From Octopus sinensis (Eukaryota): a DNA stretch of 64,000 bases. Positions 38,064 through 51,309 of the stretch are shown piece by piece; positions within the stretch are counted from its first letter, which is position 1; every line of letters begins with the position of its first letter. A program made the translations under genes and the position numbers. The stretch is from assembly GCF_006345805.1 (NCBI RefSeq), contig NC_043013.1, forward strand, positions 48,856,001-48,920,000, read 5' to 3'. The notes under the pieces were generated by a model. It was not told where the DNA came from and searched no databases. It saw nothing but the letters and a program-made list of their open reading frames with translations.

Positions 38064-38510
38064 AAGAAAGAGAGAGAGAGAGAAAGAGGGTGAGATCTCT
38101 TGTAATTAAATCTTGTAAAACATAATCGATATCTTCGATTCCTGGCAGAAAGCTCTGTTGTGGTTCTCATTGACACAAGTCGAGCCTTATGTCTTGCACT
38201 GTTAATTTCATCACATTAGTTTTTGCAGCTATAACAGGTGGCTGCCACTCAAGAACACATGACCCCAATGGCTCTGTGTTCGTGAGGGGTCAGCAAATCC
38301 ATGCTGACCCCTTCTTACCACTTCTCATTTCATTTTATCTTCGTGTTTACTACTCACCCTTTCCTGCTCAACAAAAGTGAGAGCAATACAGTGTTCGATA
38401 TCATTTCTAATGTCCTTAGTTTTCGCCCATAGATTGCTTGTAGATGTATGTGTAAGTGTATAAATATGTCTGTATTTCATGAGTATATACGGGTGCGTTT
38501 GTATGTGGTA

Positions 38511-39016
38511 TACGATGGGTACCCAAAAGTAATCGAAACGTTCCCTGTGGGACAACCTCGTTGTAGTTCATGCTTCTGCCGCTAGAAGCCACTTGATGCA
38601 ACCCTCAGGCATCAGCCTGCCAAAAGGCGTCGTCGAGTGAAGTCGCACTGCCACGTAGTGCGTCTTTGTTTTGCAGTGGTCCTCCCTTGTTCATCGATTT
38701 TTGCCATGGCTGAAAGGAACAGCGTTCTTCCGTGAAATTGTTTTCTACTGGGGAAAATGGCGGCTGAAACAGTTGTCATGCTTCAAACAACTTACAAGGA
38801 GGCTGCCATGAGCAAAACACAAGTTTATGGGTGGTTTTCACGCTTTAGGATTGGCCACTTGTTGCTTGAAGACCAACCTCGTTCAGGGCGACCGTCGACC
38901 TTCCGATGCATTGCTTCAAATGAAGAATACTTTGAAGGAGATAAAAGTGCAAACACCTAAAAGTAAGTGAATGAAATAATATTGCAAAATACTGGTTTCT
39001 TTTGGGTACCCTCGAT
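38511..39016 (+). mobile_element. Internally deleted mariner element
   Basis: TIRs cga(t)gggtacccaaaag / cttttgggtaccctcg; HTH peptide MSKTQVYGWFSRFRIGH..EDQPRSGRPST fused directly to C-terminal RCIASNEEYFEGDK. Confidence 0.88.
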
Positions 39017-39499
39017 GTATATGTATATGCGTTTGCATGGCTAAATGTTTGGTCACACAACTATGTATGAATCCATTCTATGTGTGCAGTTGATATTTCA
39101 GAAACCATGTAAGGCGATGAGCCTTACGGCATTTCATCCATATTCAAGCTCTGAGTTCAAATTCCGCCGAGGTCTACTTTGTATCTCATCAATTCGGTAT
39201 CGGTAAAATAAGTACCAGCTGAGTACTGGAGACGATATAATCGACTTAATCCTACCCAGAAATTACAGGCTCTGTGTGAAACTTTGAAATCAATATTTCA
39301 GAGACCACTTTGGAAATTTCTAACATTGAGTATCTCGTTCGCTTATGATGTCCGACTGTATTTGACTTCTTTGCAGTCACTTGTAAGAGGGTATGAAGTG
39401 GGTTTGATTGGCGCTATATTCAACAATTTGCTTGGAGCAAGAAATATAGACGGGTTATATTATGTTCTTAGTGTACATATGTAACTGTATCTGACGAAT

Positions 39500-40060
39500 G
39501 ATTATGCGTTGGGGAAGTAACTATTCTAATATAATCTTCCTATGAAATATATTTTCGTTTGTGTAGCTTTGATTGAAGCTTGGATATTCTGCTGGAGAAT
39601 TTAACAACCTGGTGTAGATGAGCTCTTATGTTTGGCATGGAAAGTAGAGTGATAACGAATGATTTAAATTATTGAGCTAAGTGTTGTTTAGCACACACAG
39701 TCTCTGAAGCTATGGTCTTCTCACCTTTTCAGAATTAGTTTCTACAATTACTCTATTTTAAAGATAGTAAGTGGTGTTTGAAAGCTACCATCTCACTTGT
39801 AAACTTGAGTGAGATATTAGTTGAACAATTTTCTCAGCTGTAGATGTTGCTTCATTGCAACAACTCGGATTTCGTATGATGTTCAAAAGAACACTGATGA
39901 ACCCTTTGACGTCATCATGGAGGCAGGAGCTACGACGAGGCAGTAATTGTTGATTTAGTAGATCTTCATATTCTAAGTAAGCTAAACAAAATTTGCCAGT
40001 GAAACTGTTAAAATTAGTTGTAGTTGCCTTCCAAATATACGCTCGCAAATTTTCAGTCAC
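39500..40060 (-). pseudogene. Probable hAT (Charlie/SPIN, EPM2AIP1/GTF2IRD2-like) transposase C-terminal relic
   Basis: TNFNSF..LAYLEYEDLLNQQLLPRR..F, then FKSFVITLLSM in another frame, resemble remembered hAT C-terminal consensus; multiple stops. Confidence 0.45.
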
Positions 40061-40093
40061 AACGCACAGAAGCTGTATAACGTCAGATAATTA

Positions 40094-40264
40094 ATGCGTA
40101 CACCCACTGTAGGAAGCAAAACAAGGACCTATATCGGGCTGACAGAGAACACCTTGAAAGAAAGATATGCAGAACACAATGCGTTATTCATAGACAGAAA
40201 GATATGTAACGCAGCGTTATTATCGAAACTAGTATGGCGCCTAAAAGATCGCAGAGTATTTTAA
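40094..40264 (+). pseudogene. Penelope-type GIY-YIG endonuclease fragment
   Basis: My translation: KTRTYIGLTENTLKERYAEHNALF..LSKLVWRLKD, the YIGxT..RY.EH..LSK..W.LK pattern; 56 aa, so below the ORF-track cutoff. Confidence 0.75.
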
Positions 40265-40983
40265 GTATATTCCCATGTTAAATGCGCCACAAATCCACCC
40301 TAGCTGGTCCGGTTTTCCTCAGCCTACATTTCCTCAGCCTACATATATTTACAACCAATATCACTCTTGATCTCCATCTTTATTATAAGTACTCAAAGTT
40401 TACACCCCCCCACAACCTACACATCTCTAATTCCTAAACTACCTACACCCTCGCTAACATCAATGAACAACAATGTAACAATAAAATCACTTTAATATAC
40501 TTGTTTCACTCCTGAATTAACCATGGAAATACTACTCTGCAACTACAATACACACGTTTCTCATAAGAAGCCTATAAATACTACGCATATACCATATAAT
40601 ATACCCGCTCAATAATATTACTGTAGTAAAAACGTCAATACATGAACCCAATTTTATATCACTAATGATGGACTGTCGTGGCAAAGCATAACATCTTGTT
40701 TATATTTTGACATGGACTACAGAATGTCACCACTGTACGTATCAGCTTTTCAACCTCACCAACCGTAATTTTGTATTGACTCCAAATACCCAAACTGTTT
40801 CTAAATAGTACATCAGCGCTTGATTGAAAGAATACATTTTGTGAAGCATATAAGTTAAATATTAGTACTTACGATTTGATGAACTGGGTTCTGCCATGCA
40901 AACGCCTCTCTTGCAGACACACCTCACCATGCACCATTAGCATTACATTAGGAGTACATATATATATATATATACCGGGTGGG

Positions 40984-41203
40984 TAAGGCGGCGCGTAGGC
41001 AGAATCGTTAGTACGTCGGGCAAAATACTTAGCAGTATTTCGTCCGTCTTAACGTTCTGAGTTCAAATTCCACCCGAGGTCGACTTTGCCTTTCATCCTT
41101 TTAAGGTCAACAAAATAAGTACCAGCTGATTATTGAGGAAGATGTAATCAACTTACGCCCTCTCCCAAAATTCCTAGCCTTCTGCCAGAACTGGAAATCA
41201 ATA
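40984..41203 (+). mobile_element. SINE family B copy with (AT)n downstream
   Basis: taaggcggcgcgtaggcagaatcgttagtacg...gaggtcgactttgcctttcatcc. Confidence 0.85.
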
Positions 41204-41218
41204 TATGTATATATATAT

Positions 41219-41347
<129 letters not shown>

Positions 41348-42189
41348 ATAGATATATATATATATATTTGTTTTGTACACCACCTGTCTTCGTCTTTTGT
41401 TTTTTTTTCATAAACTCTCCCTATATATTTATATATATATGCCAGGTTGCATTAACGTCATAGCCTTCCAGTGACCATCCAGTGGTAGCACTCTCCAGGC
41501 AACGTGTATTCTCTCCATCCAAACACTTCTTAGTTGATAGTAGGAGTAACAAACTATGAAACTGATATAGGTGTCAATATGCACAAAAATTGCATTGAAA
41601 TACAAGCAGACATCCCAGCACACATTCCGTTATGTCCTTTGCCACTCATCACCACGGATGTAAATAGACACTATATATGCATCACTATACTCCGCATAAT
41701 ATTCTTCAGAGGCTTACAATGTCTTAACACCACATGTTGGACACATAACATAAGGGGAGCATCATTTTGCACAACATTGTAAATAACATTATGCACAGCA
41801 ATATATACATACATATAATGGCTACAGACTCGTGTTTGCATATTGCTATCGCCCGATCGAAAGTTCCACACATGTGAAGGCTACGACCAACCATTTTAGT
41901 CATAGGTCTTACTTTTCTCAAGTGATACCTGTGCATGATGATTTTTCATTGTGGGGACAGAATTTGTACAAATCCAATCCCGCTCTCTGAACAGAGACAA
42001 CATAAACTCGAAAAGAACTAGTTTACATCATCGAATATTGACAGTGTGGCAAGTTTTCTTTCAGAGTTTCCTTCTCCTAGAGAGATATTGTGACAACAAC
42101 AGAGGGGCCTCCCACTTCCAGTGGGCCAACCGCGCACCTGGAAACCAACCTAGCTATTTCCATGTACCCGCGCATACATACATACATAC

Positions 42190-42402
42190 ATACATACACA
42201 TGTACACATATTACTAGATGGCCGTTTACTGCTCATGTGCTCTGCAGCCCTTTGGCAGATCTTATCCTGAAGGTGTCCAACAATCACCCTCTTCACCAAG
42301 CAAGGTTGATGGGATTGCCAGTTTAGTCGCCGATGACCCGACCATGCAGCAGGTTGTACTTGGTTACATGTTACCAGCAGCGCCCAAGAGCGACCTGACA
42401 TA
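42190..42402 (-). mobile_element. Repeat family E (probably RTE-related)
   Basis: Reverse complement is homologous to 51330-51555 (ctggtaacatgtaacc..gactaaactggcaa..gaagagggtgattgttggac..aacggccatc). Confidence 0.7.
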
Positions 42403-42442
42403 CGCACACACACACACACACACACCACACACACACACACAC

Positions 42443-43290
42443 AGAGGAATCTTTCACTTTACGGAAGTAAGGCGTTCCTGAAAATCTGGCCGTAACGCGA
42501 AATACTGTAATGCGAAATTAATTTTCATTTTGATTTCCATATTATCAATTGAGATTGCGTCCTCTCGAACTTTTTCCGAAAGATGTATCAGACGATCTTT
42601 GGAAGCTTTAAATCCGAGTTCCGAATTTTCTTCTCAAGAAATAAAATTTCTTTCAGGCATGCGTCTCCAGAAACAGTGCAGTTTAATCAACATTGTATAC
42701 TTGCTCTGGTGTGTAACCTCCTTCAGCAATAATTTTCTTCAACTGCTCAGGATAATTAGCAGCAACCTCTGTATCAGTACTCGCAGTCTCACCACTCATT
42801 TTTATGTTGTGCTTCTAAAACCTTTCAGAGAAGCTTTTTTTTTTCTAGCCAAAAAGGTTTTCTCATTGGAAGTTTCACCTTTCTTTTTCTGCAAATCGCC
42901 GTTTAAACTTTTAGCATTTTCTTTTTTTACCATCGTGCTTATCAGCGAATTACGCCAACTCTGCTCCGCGATCCATTCCCTCAAGAGTCGTTCCATTTTA
43001 AGCATTACATTAGATCTATGGGAAAATAAGGTGCAGACAGTTAATGGAATAGCTGCTTGAGCACTTGACATAATTTTCTCATTGTTGTCACGTATTGTTC
43101 CTAATGTAAACGTTGCAAGATTTATTGTTTTGGCAAACTTAGTTTTACTTATGCATCAAGTCTTTTTAAAACATCAAGCTTAATATCCAGCGTAAACCAT
43201 TTACCATTCGTCTTCGCACTGCTGCCTTCAGGTCTACTTGATAGATCCTTTCTAGAAACCTTAAATTGAAGGTAAAAACAAGAATAGTGT
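42443..43290 (-). mobile_element. Tigger/pogo transposase pseudogene (CENP-B HTH and start of DDE_1)
   Basis: TLDIKLDVLKRLD, KMERLLREWIAEQ..KENAKSL, SGETASTD..YPEQLKKIIAEGGYTPEQVYNVD*TALF..KASKDRL; a possible other end lies at 44300-44436. Confidence 0.85.
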
Positions 43291-43744
43291 CGATTAATTA
43301 TCCACAACAAATATGATATAAAAATGGCGGCCCAGGAAAGCTTTACTTTGTGAGAGCAGAAAATTATCTTATTCCTGTGGGTTTAATAATGAAAATGAGA
43401 TTAAGAGGTGACAGACTGAGGTAGAGAGAGTACTATACGATTACAGTTAGTTGAAGTGTCACCAGCTTTTATAGGCAATTCGTTCCTTACACTTCTAACT
43501 TAAGACATAGAGACACATACACATGCACTCATACACAACACTCATGCACACACAGATTCATGCAGACATATGTGTTGGCGTACATGCTGATATTTTTTGT
43601 AGCCAGTTGGATTCAAACGTTAGTGGGTCGATAGTGATAATGATGAAGTTGATAATGTTGATGATGATGATTGGTTTAGATGTTAGTGATGGTGGGCAGG
43701 TATTGTTGGTGGTGTAGTGGTCATATTATTCTCGCTAACTGTAT

Positions 43745-43960
43745 GAAGGCGGCGAGCCGACAAAATCGTTAGCACGCCGGGCAAAATGCTTAGCAGCAGT
43801 TTGTTTGTCTTTATGTTCTGAATTCAAATTCCACCGAGGTCGACTTTACCTTTCATCCTTTCAGGATCGATAGAATAAGTACCGGTTAATCACTAGGGTC
43901 GATGTAATCGACGTACCCCCAACCCCAAACTTGCTGGTTTAGTGCCAAAATTTGAAACCA
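43745..43960 (+). mobile_element. SINE family B copy
   Basis: aaggcggcgagccgacaaaatcgttagcacgccgggcaaaatgcttagc...gaggtcgactttacctttcatcc. Confidence 0.85.
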
Positions 43961-44474
43961 TTTTTGCCAATTTTATTGTTGAGGTTGTTTAGTCTGAAGC
44001 CAATCCTTAGATGAAAGATATTCATTCGATTTTTACAATACACCTGTATTCCACATTATGTGTTTTTATTCTGAATGTATATATTTATCTTCTTCATGCT
44101 CTGTATCACCAATGTTATATCTAGATAGATGGATAGATAAATATATATATATATGCTCACATTATGTACATTACATATACATGTGTGTATATGTATATCG
44201 TGATAGTTAACTCGTTGACTATATACAGTACTTGGATCTTAAATAGAACACAAGTGGCCATTGAATTAAGAAGAAAGTGTCATTTTAAGTTGTTAACTTT
44301 TTAAAACTACTCAGTACGAGTTTCCTTAAGCGCGAAATTACATACCGTACTCCGAAATTAATGGTAATATTTTACAGTTGTCGTAAGCGCGAAATACTGT
44401 AACCTGATATAGCCAAAACGCAGTGGATGCCTGTATGTTTTTCACACACACACACATATATATGCACATATATG

Positions 44475-44507
<33 letters not shown>

Positions 44508-44516
44508 GCACATATA

Positions 44517-44551
<35 letters not shown>

Positions 44552-45004
44552 GCACATATATGCACATTCAGAAGTACACACGAATAGATATTTAAATATT
44601 TCTAAATGCATCATGCATGCATGTTTGCACACGCAGATGTATGAAAAGTAAACGACGGTTTCCCACCTCTGCCATTGTATGCATTATACACATTTTATCT
44701 GGTGCTACAAATACATTTTATTCATTGCTGAATTACTACCAGTAAGTTAGTAGTTTTTGGTGTGGCGGCTTTGATCTTTTGTTGCAGTTAAAGACTCTTT
44801 AGTCTCTGCTTTGAGACCCATGCTTCTCAACTAATGTCGAGATTTTACTTTGTTTCTTTTCTGTTTAGCTTATTCCAGTATTTACCATGGAAGGACTTCT
44901 CTTGCCATCGTTTTATCGCGGTATTTTGTAGTTCCAGTTTCAGCCTAGATTTTAGTTGCTTTACAGCAATTGATGTTTATTCTTTACCTTCAGAGTTGTC
45001 AGGT

Positions 45005-45023
45005 ATTATTGTTGTTGTTGTTA

Positions 45024-45086
<63 letters not shown>

Positions 45087-45127
45087 TATTATTATTATCA
45101 TTATTATCATTATTATTATTATTATTA

Positions 45128-45197
<70 letters not shown>

Positions 45198-45200
45198 CAC
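45005..45200. repeat. (TTA)n microsatellite
   Basis: Direct reading. Confidence 0.97.
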
Positions 45201-46010
45201 TATAGCTTAGCTAATTCACCAATAAAATATATTATGTTTTGCATATGTAATTATTTGCTTGAAGAAGTTATAATAGCTTCGTTACTGAAATATTCATTTG
45301 ATATTCAAATTCTCTAATACAAATATACATATAAATGCTTGCACAATATCGCGTGAACTATTTTTATTGAACGGTCTCATTTACATGGATGCTTTGAAGA
45401 TGAAAAAAAAAATCATCATCAATAGAATTTATGCTCGAGTTGAAAAGAATATGAAAATAGCAGTTGAAATTGAATATCATAAATATGAAGCCTGACACAA
45501 CAACACAGTGTTTATGAAGTGCTTTGCAGCCAATAAATATGACGAATGTTGTGGTATAATACAAATGAATACCTAGTTATATATACACGTCTCCATATCT
45601 TCAATATTTACATCAAACACTCGCTAGATATTTACCCTATACAGACTTTACTCAACCGTAACCTAACTACCTCGTGTCAGATGCCACCACATTTATACAC
45701 AAGGTCTTGAAAATATCCTTTTACTATGATCACCTTGCGATCTAAGAGTGATCTAAGAGTGATCGCAAGCACGGTTTTCATTTAGCTAACATATCGTTAA
45801 CCAGCGGTATGCATAATTCTTCCTTTCTCTTCAAATCTTTGGAATATATTCATTGCTAAGTACCCCACCTATGTTGTATGTATCCCCCATCTCTTTGTTT
45901 AAGAACTTTCTTCATCAACATGCACTACTGAGTCTTTCAGTTCCTCACTCTCTCAGCTTTGGCATACTCCTAGATTCAACTGTTTCTACTACCCTTATTC
46001 TTCTGTGTTT

Positions 46011-46395
46011 GTGGAGGCGCAATGGCCCAGTGGTTAGGGAAGCGGACTCGCGGTCATAGGATCGCGGTTTCGATTCCCAGACCGGGCTTTGTGAGTGTTT
46101 ATTGAGCGAAAACGCCTAAAGCTCCACGAGGCTCCGGCAGGGGGTGGTGATCCCTGCTGTACTCTTTCACCACAACTTTCTCTCACTCTTACTTCCTGTT
46201 TCTGTTGTACCTGTATTTCAAAGGGCCAGCCTTGTCAGTCTCTGTGTCACGCTGAATATCCCCGAGAACTACGTTAAGGGTACACGTGTCTGTGGAGTGC
46301 TCAGCCACTTACACGTTAATTTCACGAGCAGGGTGTTCCGTTGATTCGGATCAACCGGAACCCTCGTCGTCGTAACCGACGGAGTGCTTCCATCC
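46011..46395 (+). mobile_element. tRNA-derived SINE family F, full length, 14-bp TSD
   Basis: A box tggcccagtgg, B box ggtttcgattcc, (TCCA)n tail; TSD attcttctgtgttt at 45997-46010 and 46396-46409. Confidence 0.93.
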
Positions 46396-48616
46396 ATTCT
46401 TCTGTGTTTTAACGATAGAGAAACTGGTTATATTGACACAAAGGCAAATGAAGATAATACCAACATTTCATATGCGTCCTCTGCAGAGCATGCAAGACAT
46501 GTCACATTTGTGTTACTTCAAGAAACAGAAACCTAAAATAAACACTCGAATAGAGAATTATCAGTCTTACGCATAAAAGCATATGGTTAGACGTTAATGT
46601 TATAGGTCACTGCATGAACTTAAAGTCACTACAAACGCGTTGGTCAATTCTTGTGGTGATTACACATAAAAATTATTGCCATAATTAAATCTCCAAAAAA
46701 TGCATTACCTACGTTAACCTACTCAAATTCGTCCCTTATTAGAGCACTAATTAGGTAGCTGGGACATAGATACATATGAAAGAACAATGACTGTTGGAAA
46801 TTACCCAGGAATGCTTTCTGTTTGAAGAGCAAACGTTTAGTAAGGAGAAAACAATCATTAGCTCAGTATTTAATTGTTAATTGTGACCAAATTTAATTAG
46901 TGATAATTGAATGTGGGTGTGTAGGAGCAAGTGAATTTGATATATGACAAACACGATGACAACTTCATTTGTTCCGAGTTCAAATTTTGCCGAGGTTGAC
47001 TTTTCCTCTCATCCTTTCGGAGACAATAAAATAAGTACCAGTTGAATACTGGATCGATGTAAATAATTTACCCCTATCACCCAAATTGCTGGCCTTGTGC
47101 CAAAATTTGAAACCATTATTATACTTTCTCAGCAAATCATAGCCTTTATGACCAGGCCCATTCCCCCATTGCATCACAATAATCAGTTTCATTAAATTTA
47201 AATTTTAAACTTGTCTCCACTTCATATATTGATTTACATTAATAATTGATTTAATGGGTTGCTTCTTCCCAATTTACATTCATTTTTAATTAATTCAAAT
47301 TTGTTGGCTCATTGCTTACGTAATGTGTCGTAAGTCTTCATACAAAAAAAAAAAGCCATAAAGGTGATTGTCAAAGAGTCACTCACCAGTACACTTCAAC
47401 TACTGACTCGCAGACGAATTGTCTCCACCCCAACTCTTTTCCATTTATCTGCCACTAAAATTATATAGTTTACTTCTTTGGGTTTAGCAACTTGTTTCCC
47501 ATCTTCATCCATTCCACTTACCGCGCCTGTCTCTTCTCTCCTCGGCATTTATTACATATCACATTTCCATACTGTTTGCCTAATCATCCATTTCCAGAGA
47601 TGCAGTTCACTGCAAGTCTCTGTCAAGCCGTGTTTGTCCAAGTAAACGTCAACCTATTGAAGATCACACTAAATACTATCAGTATCGATCTTGCTATTTT
47701 TCTTGTTGTTGTTGTTTTTGATGTTGTTGTTGTTGTTGTTGTTGTGTGTGTGTGTGAGTGTCAGGTGTCATCCACTGATTATTTAAAGCATTCATATCTT
47801 TGATACATTCGCTATAAATATAATGGAAACCCACTTATACTCATTAATCATAAATAATTATATAACATTGTCGACCAGACTTTTAGATGTTCTGACACAC
47901 TTTTGCTTCTGCCATTCACTCTAACTTCTGGTTTCTATAGAGTTCGTTCTGCCGCTATAAAACGGTCCATTTGATCTGCAACAGTCTGAGATGTGCCTTT
48001 TCACATGGTTATAACGTTTATATGTCGTCACCCCGTTCTTGGGTGAGGTGATTGTAGTTATCTCAACACTTTAGCTAGCATCCGTATCTAGTGAATCGAC
48101 TATTTTCCTACTTCTTCGAGACCGCTTTTCTGTAGGGTGATAGTCTAGTATTTTTGTAGATTGGGGGGACCTGCCAAGGTGTATACCTCAGGCATCACTA
48201 TGAAGCACTGAAATCGGATGTGGTACCAAACTCATAAATAATGCACAGTGAAAACTATTTCCTCTAAAAGAAAACTGTTATGTCTCATAATCTTGGAAAA
48301 ATTTACTCAGCGATATATAATATTATTTACAATTGACGGATATTTATATCTTAAATATAGAACTGTATATTTTTATCAAAGTGAGTTATATACAGTAGCG
48401 GTAACACATCGTGATGTATATTTGCCATCTCAATATGGCTACCCCTAAGGGTGGATGCTACTGTAGTTTTTATTTTTATTTATTTCGAAATATGGACTTG
48501 TTGAAGGTTAGAATAGTTACTGGCTCTTTACAAGACAAACGCGGGGTCCACACACGAAGGTAATGTTTGCATGTTGAGAGGGAGATGCTGCTGCTTCTAC
48601 AGCGACGACGATTCCA

Positions 48617-48621
48617 ACCAT

Positions 48622-48666
<45 letters not shown>

Positions 48667-48667
48667 C

Positions 48668-48746
<79 letters not shown>

Positions 48747-48795
48747 ATGCTGCTGGTACTGCTGGTGTTTCTGCTGCTGTTGCTGCTGCTATTAT
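48617..48795. repeat. (CTA)n/(CCA)n/(CTG)n compound microsatellite
   Basis: Direct reading. Confidence 0.95.
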
Positions 48796-48995
48796 TTCAT
48801 GTTTTAGACTGGATCCAAAAGAAGGCGATCCAGCTCTTTGGGAAACCTTCATTTGCCGAGTATTCACCAAACACAAAAACGAATCTCACTGATACGATAC
48901 ATATCTGTTGCAGCAAATCAGCCAATTCTAAAACTGTAAAACGTGTTCACCACCCGCCACCGATAAAACCGCTTCAGTATATTTCACGTTGCTGA
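48795..48995 (+). mobile_element. Short CR1/L2-like LINE fragment
   Basis: VLDWIQKKAIQLFGKP resembles the LLDRIQKKAIRLI motif of CR1-group RT C-termini. Confidence 0.5.
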
Positions 48996-49011
48996 CTATT
49001 AAATAGATAAT

Positions 49012-49229
49012 TACTCTTTACTCTTTATTCTTTTACTTGTTTCAGTCATTTTGACTGCGGCCATGCTGGAGCACCGCCTTTAGTCGAGCAAATCGACCCC
49101 GGGACTTATTCTTTGTAAGCCCACTGCTTATTCTATCGGTCTTTTTTGCCGAACCGCTAAGTGACGGGGACGTAAACACACCAGCATCGGTTGTCAAGCA
49201 ATGCTAGGGGGACAAACACAGACACACAA

Positions 49230-49260
<31 letters not shown>

Positions 49261-49433
49261 CCTATATACGACAGGCTTCTTTCAGTTTCCGTCTACCAAA
49301 TCCACTCACAAGGCATTGGTCGGCCCGGGGCCATAGCAGAAGACACTCACCCAAGATGCCACGCAGTGGGACTGAACCCGGAACCATGTGGTTGGTAAGC
49401 AAGCTACTTACCACACAGCCACTCCTGCGCCTA
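49012..49433 (-). mobile_element. SINE family A, full length
   Basis: Near-identical reverse complement of 26108-26523. Confidence 0.92.
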
Positions 49434-50247
49434 TTGCTCAATTATTTTCTGCAGCTCTCTACAACTCTTGCTCCGCACACATTTGATTATATATATTTGA
49501 TGAAGAAATGAGTAAATGAAAATGAAGCCAATTAAAAGAAATATTATATTTGGATTTTCTTGAAAAGTTTTATCGGGATTCTCTTTGAAAGAGGAAGCCG
49601 AGGGAAAGGAGACAGCAACACAATAAAAGCAGATGTGTATGAATTATACGGGAAAGACAGAAGAATAAAGCAAGTGGAGGATGTCACATACAAGAAGAAC
49701 TGACAGGATTTAAGATAAAGCAACTAAGGAAGAGATGAATAGAATTAATTTGTTTTACTAAATGTTAAATAGAAGGGAACGATTATTAAGATCGGTTAAT
49801 TGAATATATGTGCGAAGCATTTCGCCTTTCTGAATTCTACTTTCATCTCAAATCTCGATTCTAAATCTGCTAATTTCTCAAATGAACCACAAAGTTTCAT
49901 TTACATACTTAAATTCCATTGTTGCTCTGATTTAATTAGTAATCTATATAGAAGAAGACCATTAATACTTAATTGTTAAATAGTACAGAGCTGAAGTATT
50001 CAATCAATAATTTTCATTACTAGTTTAGAATTGACCTAAATAATTAATCGTGTCAGAACGTAATTAATCATGGCGTTACATGCAATGTACAGCTGAGGTT
50101 ATTGACCGTAAAATATCCTAAAACAAACATGTTGGGCAACATGTCAATTCGAGGTCTTTTGTATATTGATTTTGTATCTTTGTAACTTTCGTTAATATGT
50201 TATCTTTCTCCTACAAGGGGATACGAGCATTTTTCAACCTACGTACA

Positions 50248-50278
<31 letters not shown>

Positions 50279-50372
50279 CATCTCGTGAAAGAAAGAGAGC
50301 GAGAGAGACAGACAGAAAGAGAGAGAGAGAGAAAAGGGACGTTCACAATTAATGTTATTAGGCCGACTGTTA

Positions 50373-50590
50373 TAAGGAGAGCTGGCAGAATCGCTGGCAC
50401 ACAGGACAAAATGCTAAGCGGTATTTCATCCGTCTTTACGTTCTGGGTTTCAACTCTGCCGAGGTCGACTTTGCCTCTCAACCTTTCAGGGTCGATAAAA
50501 TAAGTACCAGTTGAACACTGGGGTTCGATGTTATCGTCTTCCCTTCCTCCGATATCACTGGCTTTGTGCCAAAATTTGAAATCAATATTT
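50373..50590 (+). mobile_element. SINE family B copy
   Basis: gagctggcagaatcgctggcac..gccgaggtcgactttgcctctcaacctttcagggtcgataaaataagtaccag. Confidence 0.85.
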
Positions 50591-50959
50591 TTAGGTTGAC
50601 TCCGAAAGAAGGAATAAAAGTTATCGAGTAAAATTGTTGAGCAAAAGTGTAACGTTTCAGAAATAGACCTTCATCAAATACCTGAGATAAGGAAGAAAGG
50701 AAAGGAGATAAGAAAAGTAAGAAGAGAGACAAGAAAATAAACGCACGTGGGTTGTGTTCACACCTTCGACATATGACCGGAAGTGAGTTGTCGAGGCTCT
50801 TAATAGCTAGGGAGAGTAATCCTGGTGCTAGTTGTGTGTATTTGTGAGTGAATATGTGTATGTATGTGTAGGCGTGTGCGCACGCGTGTCAGCGAGTACG
50901 AGTGGTTGGTAGCTTCTGTAGTAAGAAGGCTTCGGTCAAGAGACCAAGCGGTGTGTGCG

Positions 50960-51009
<50 letters not shown>

Positions 51010-51212
51010 GCATCAAATACTGCAAAACGTACACGTAGGACAGACATAGAAGGACTCTAATTCTTCATCAGTTATCGACCAAAATACTAATATTCAGAAT
51101 ACTCAGTTTCATCCCTTTAACGATAAGACTGAGAACTTTGTATATCGGTGGCACCTGCAATATATCTATCTATCTGTCTATCTGTCTGTCTATCTGTCTA
51201 TCTGTTTATCTA

Positions 51213-51309
<97 letters not shown>

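Noticed and set aside
39797-39981. Apparent 185-bp host exon on the minus strand (tttgtttag|CT...CAA|gtgaga, 61 open codons)
   Set aside because: The frame continues upstream of the acceptor, and both it and downstream frames resemble a decayed hAT transposase, which is the simpler explanation; RNA-seq could still reveal exonisation
46011-46085. tRNA gene (also at 54100-54174 and the SINE A/B heads)
   Set aside because: A and B boxes are present, but they are SINE heads followed by a conserved body, a tail and TSDs; there is no complete cloverleaf
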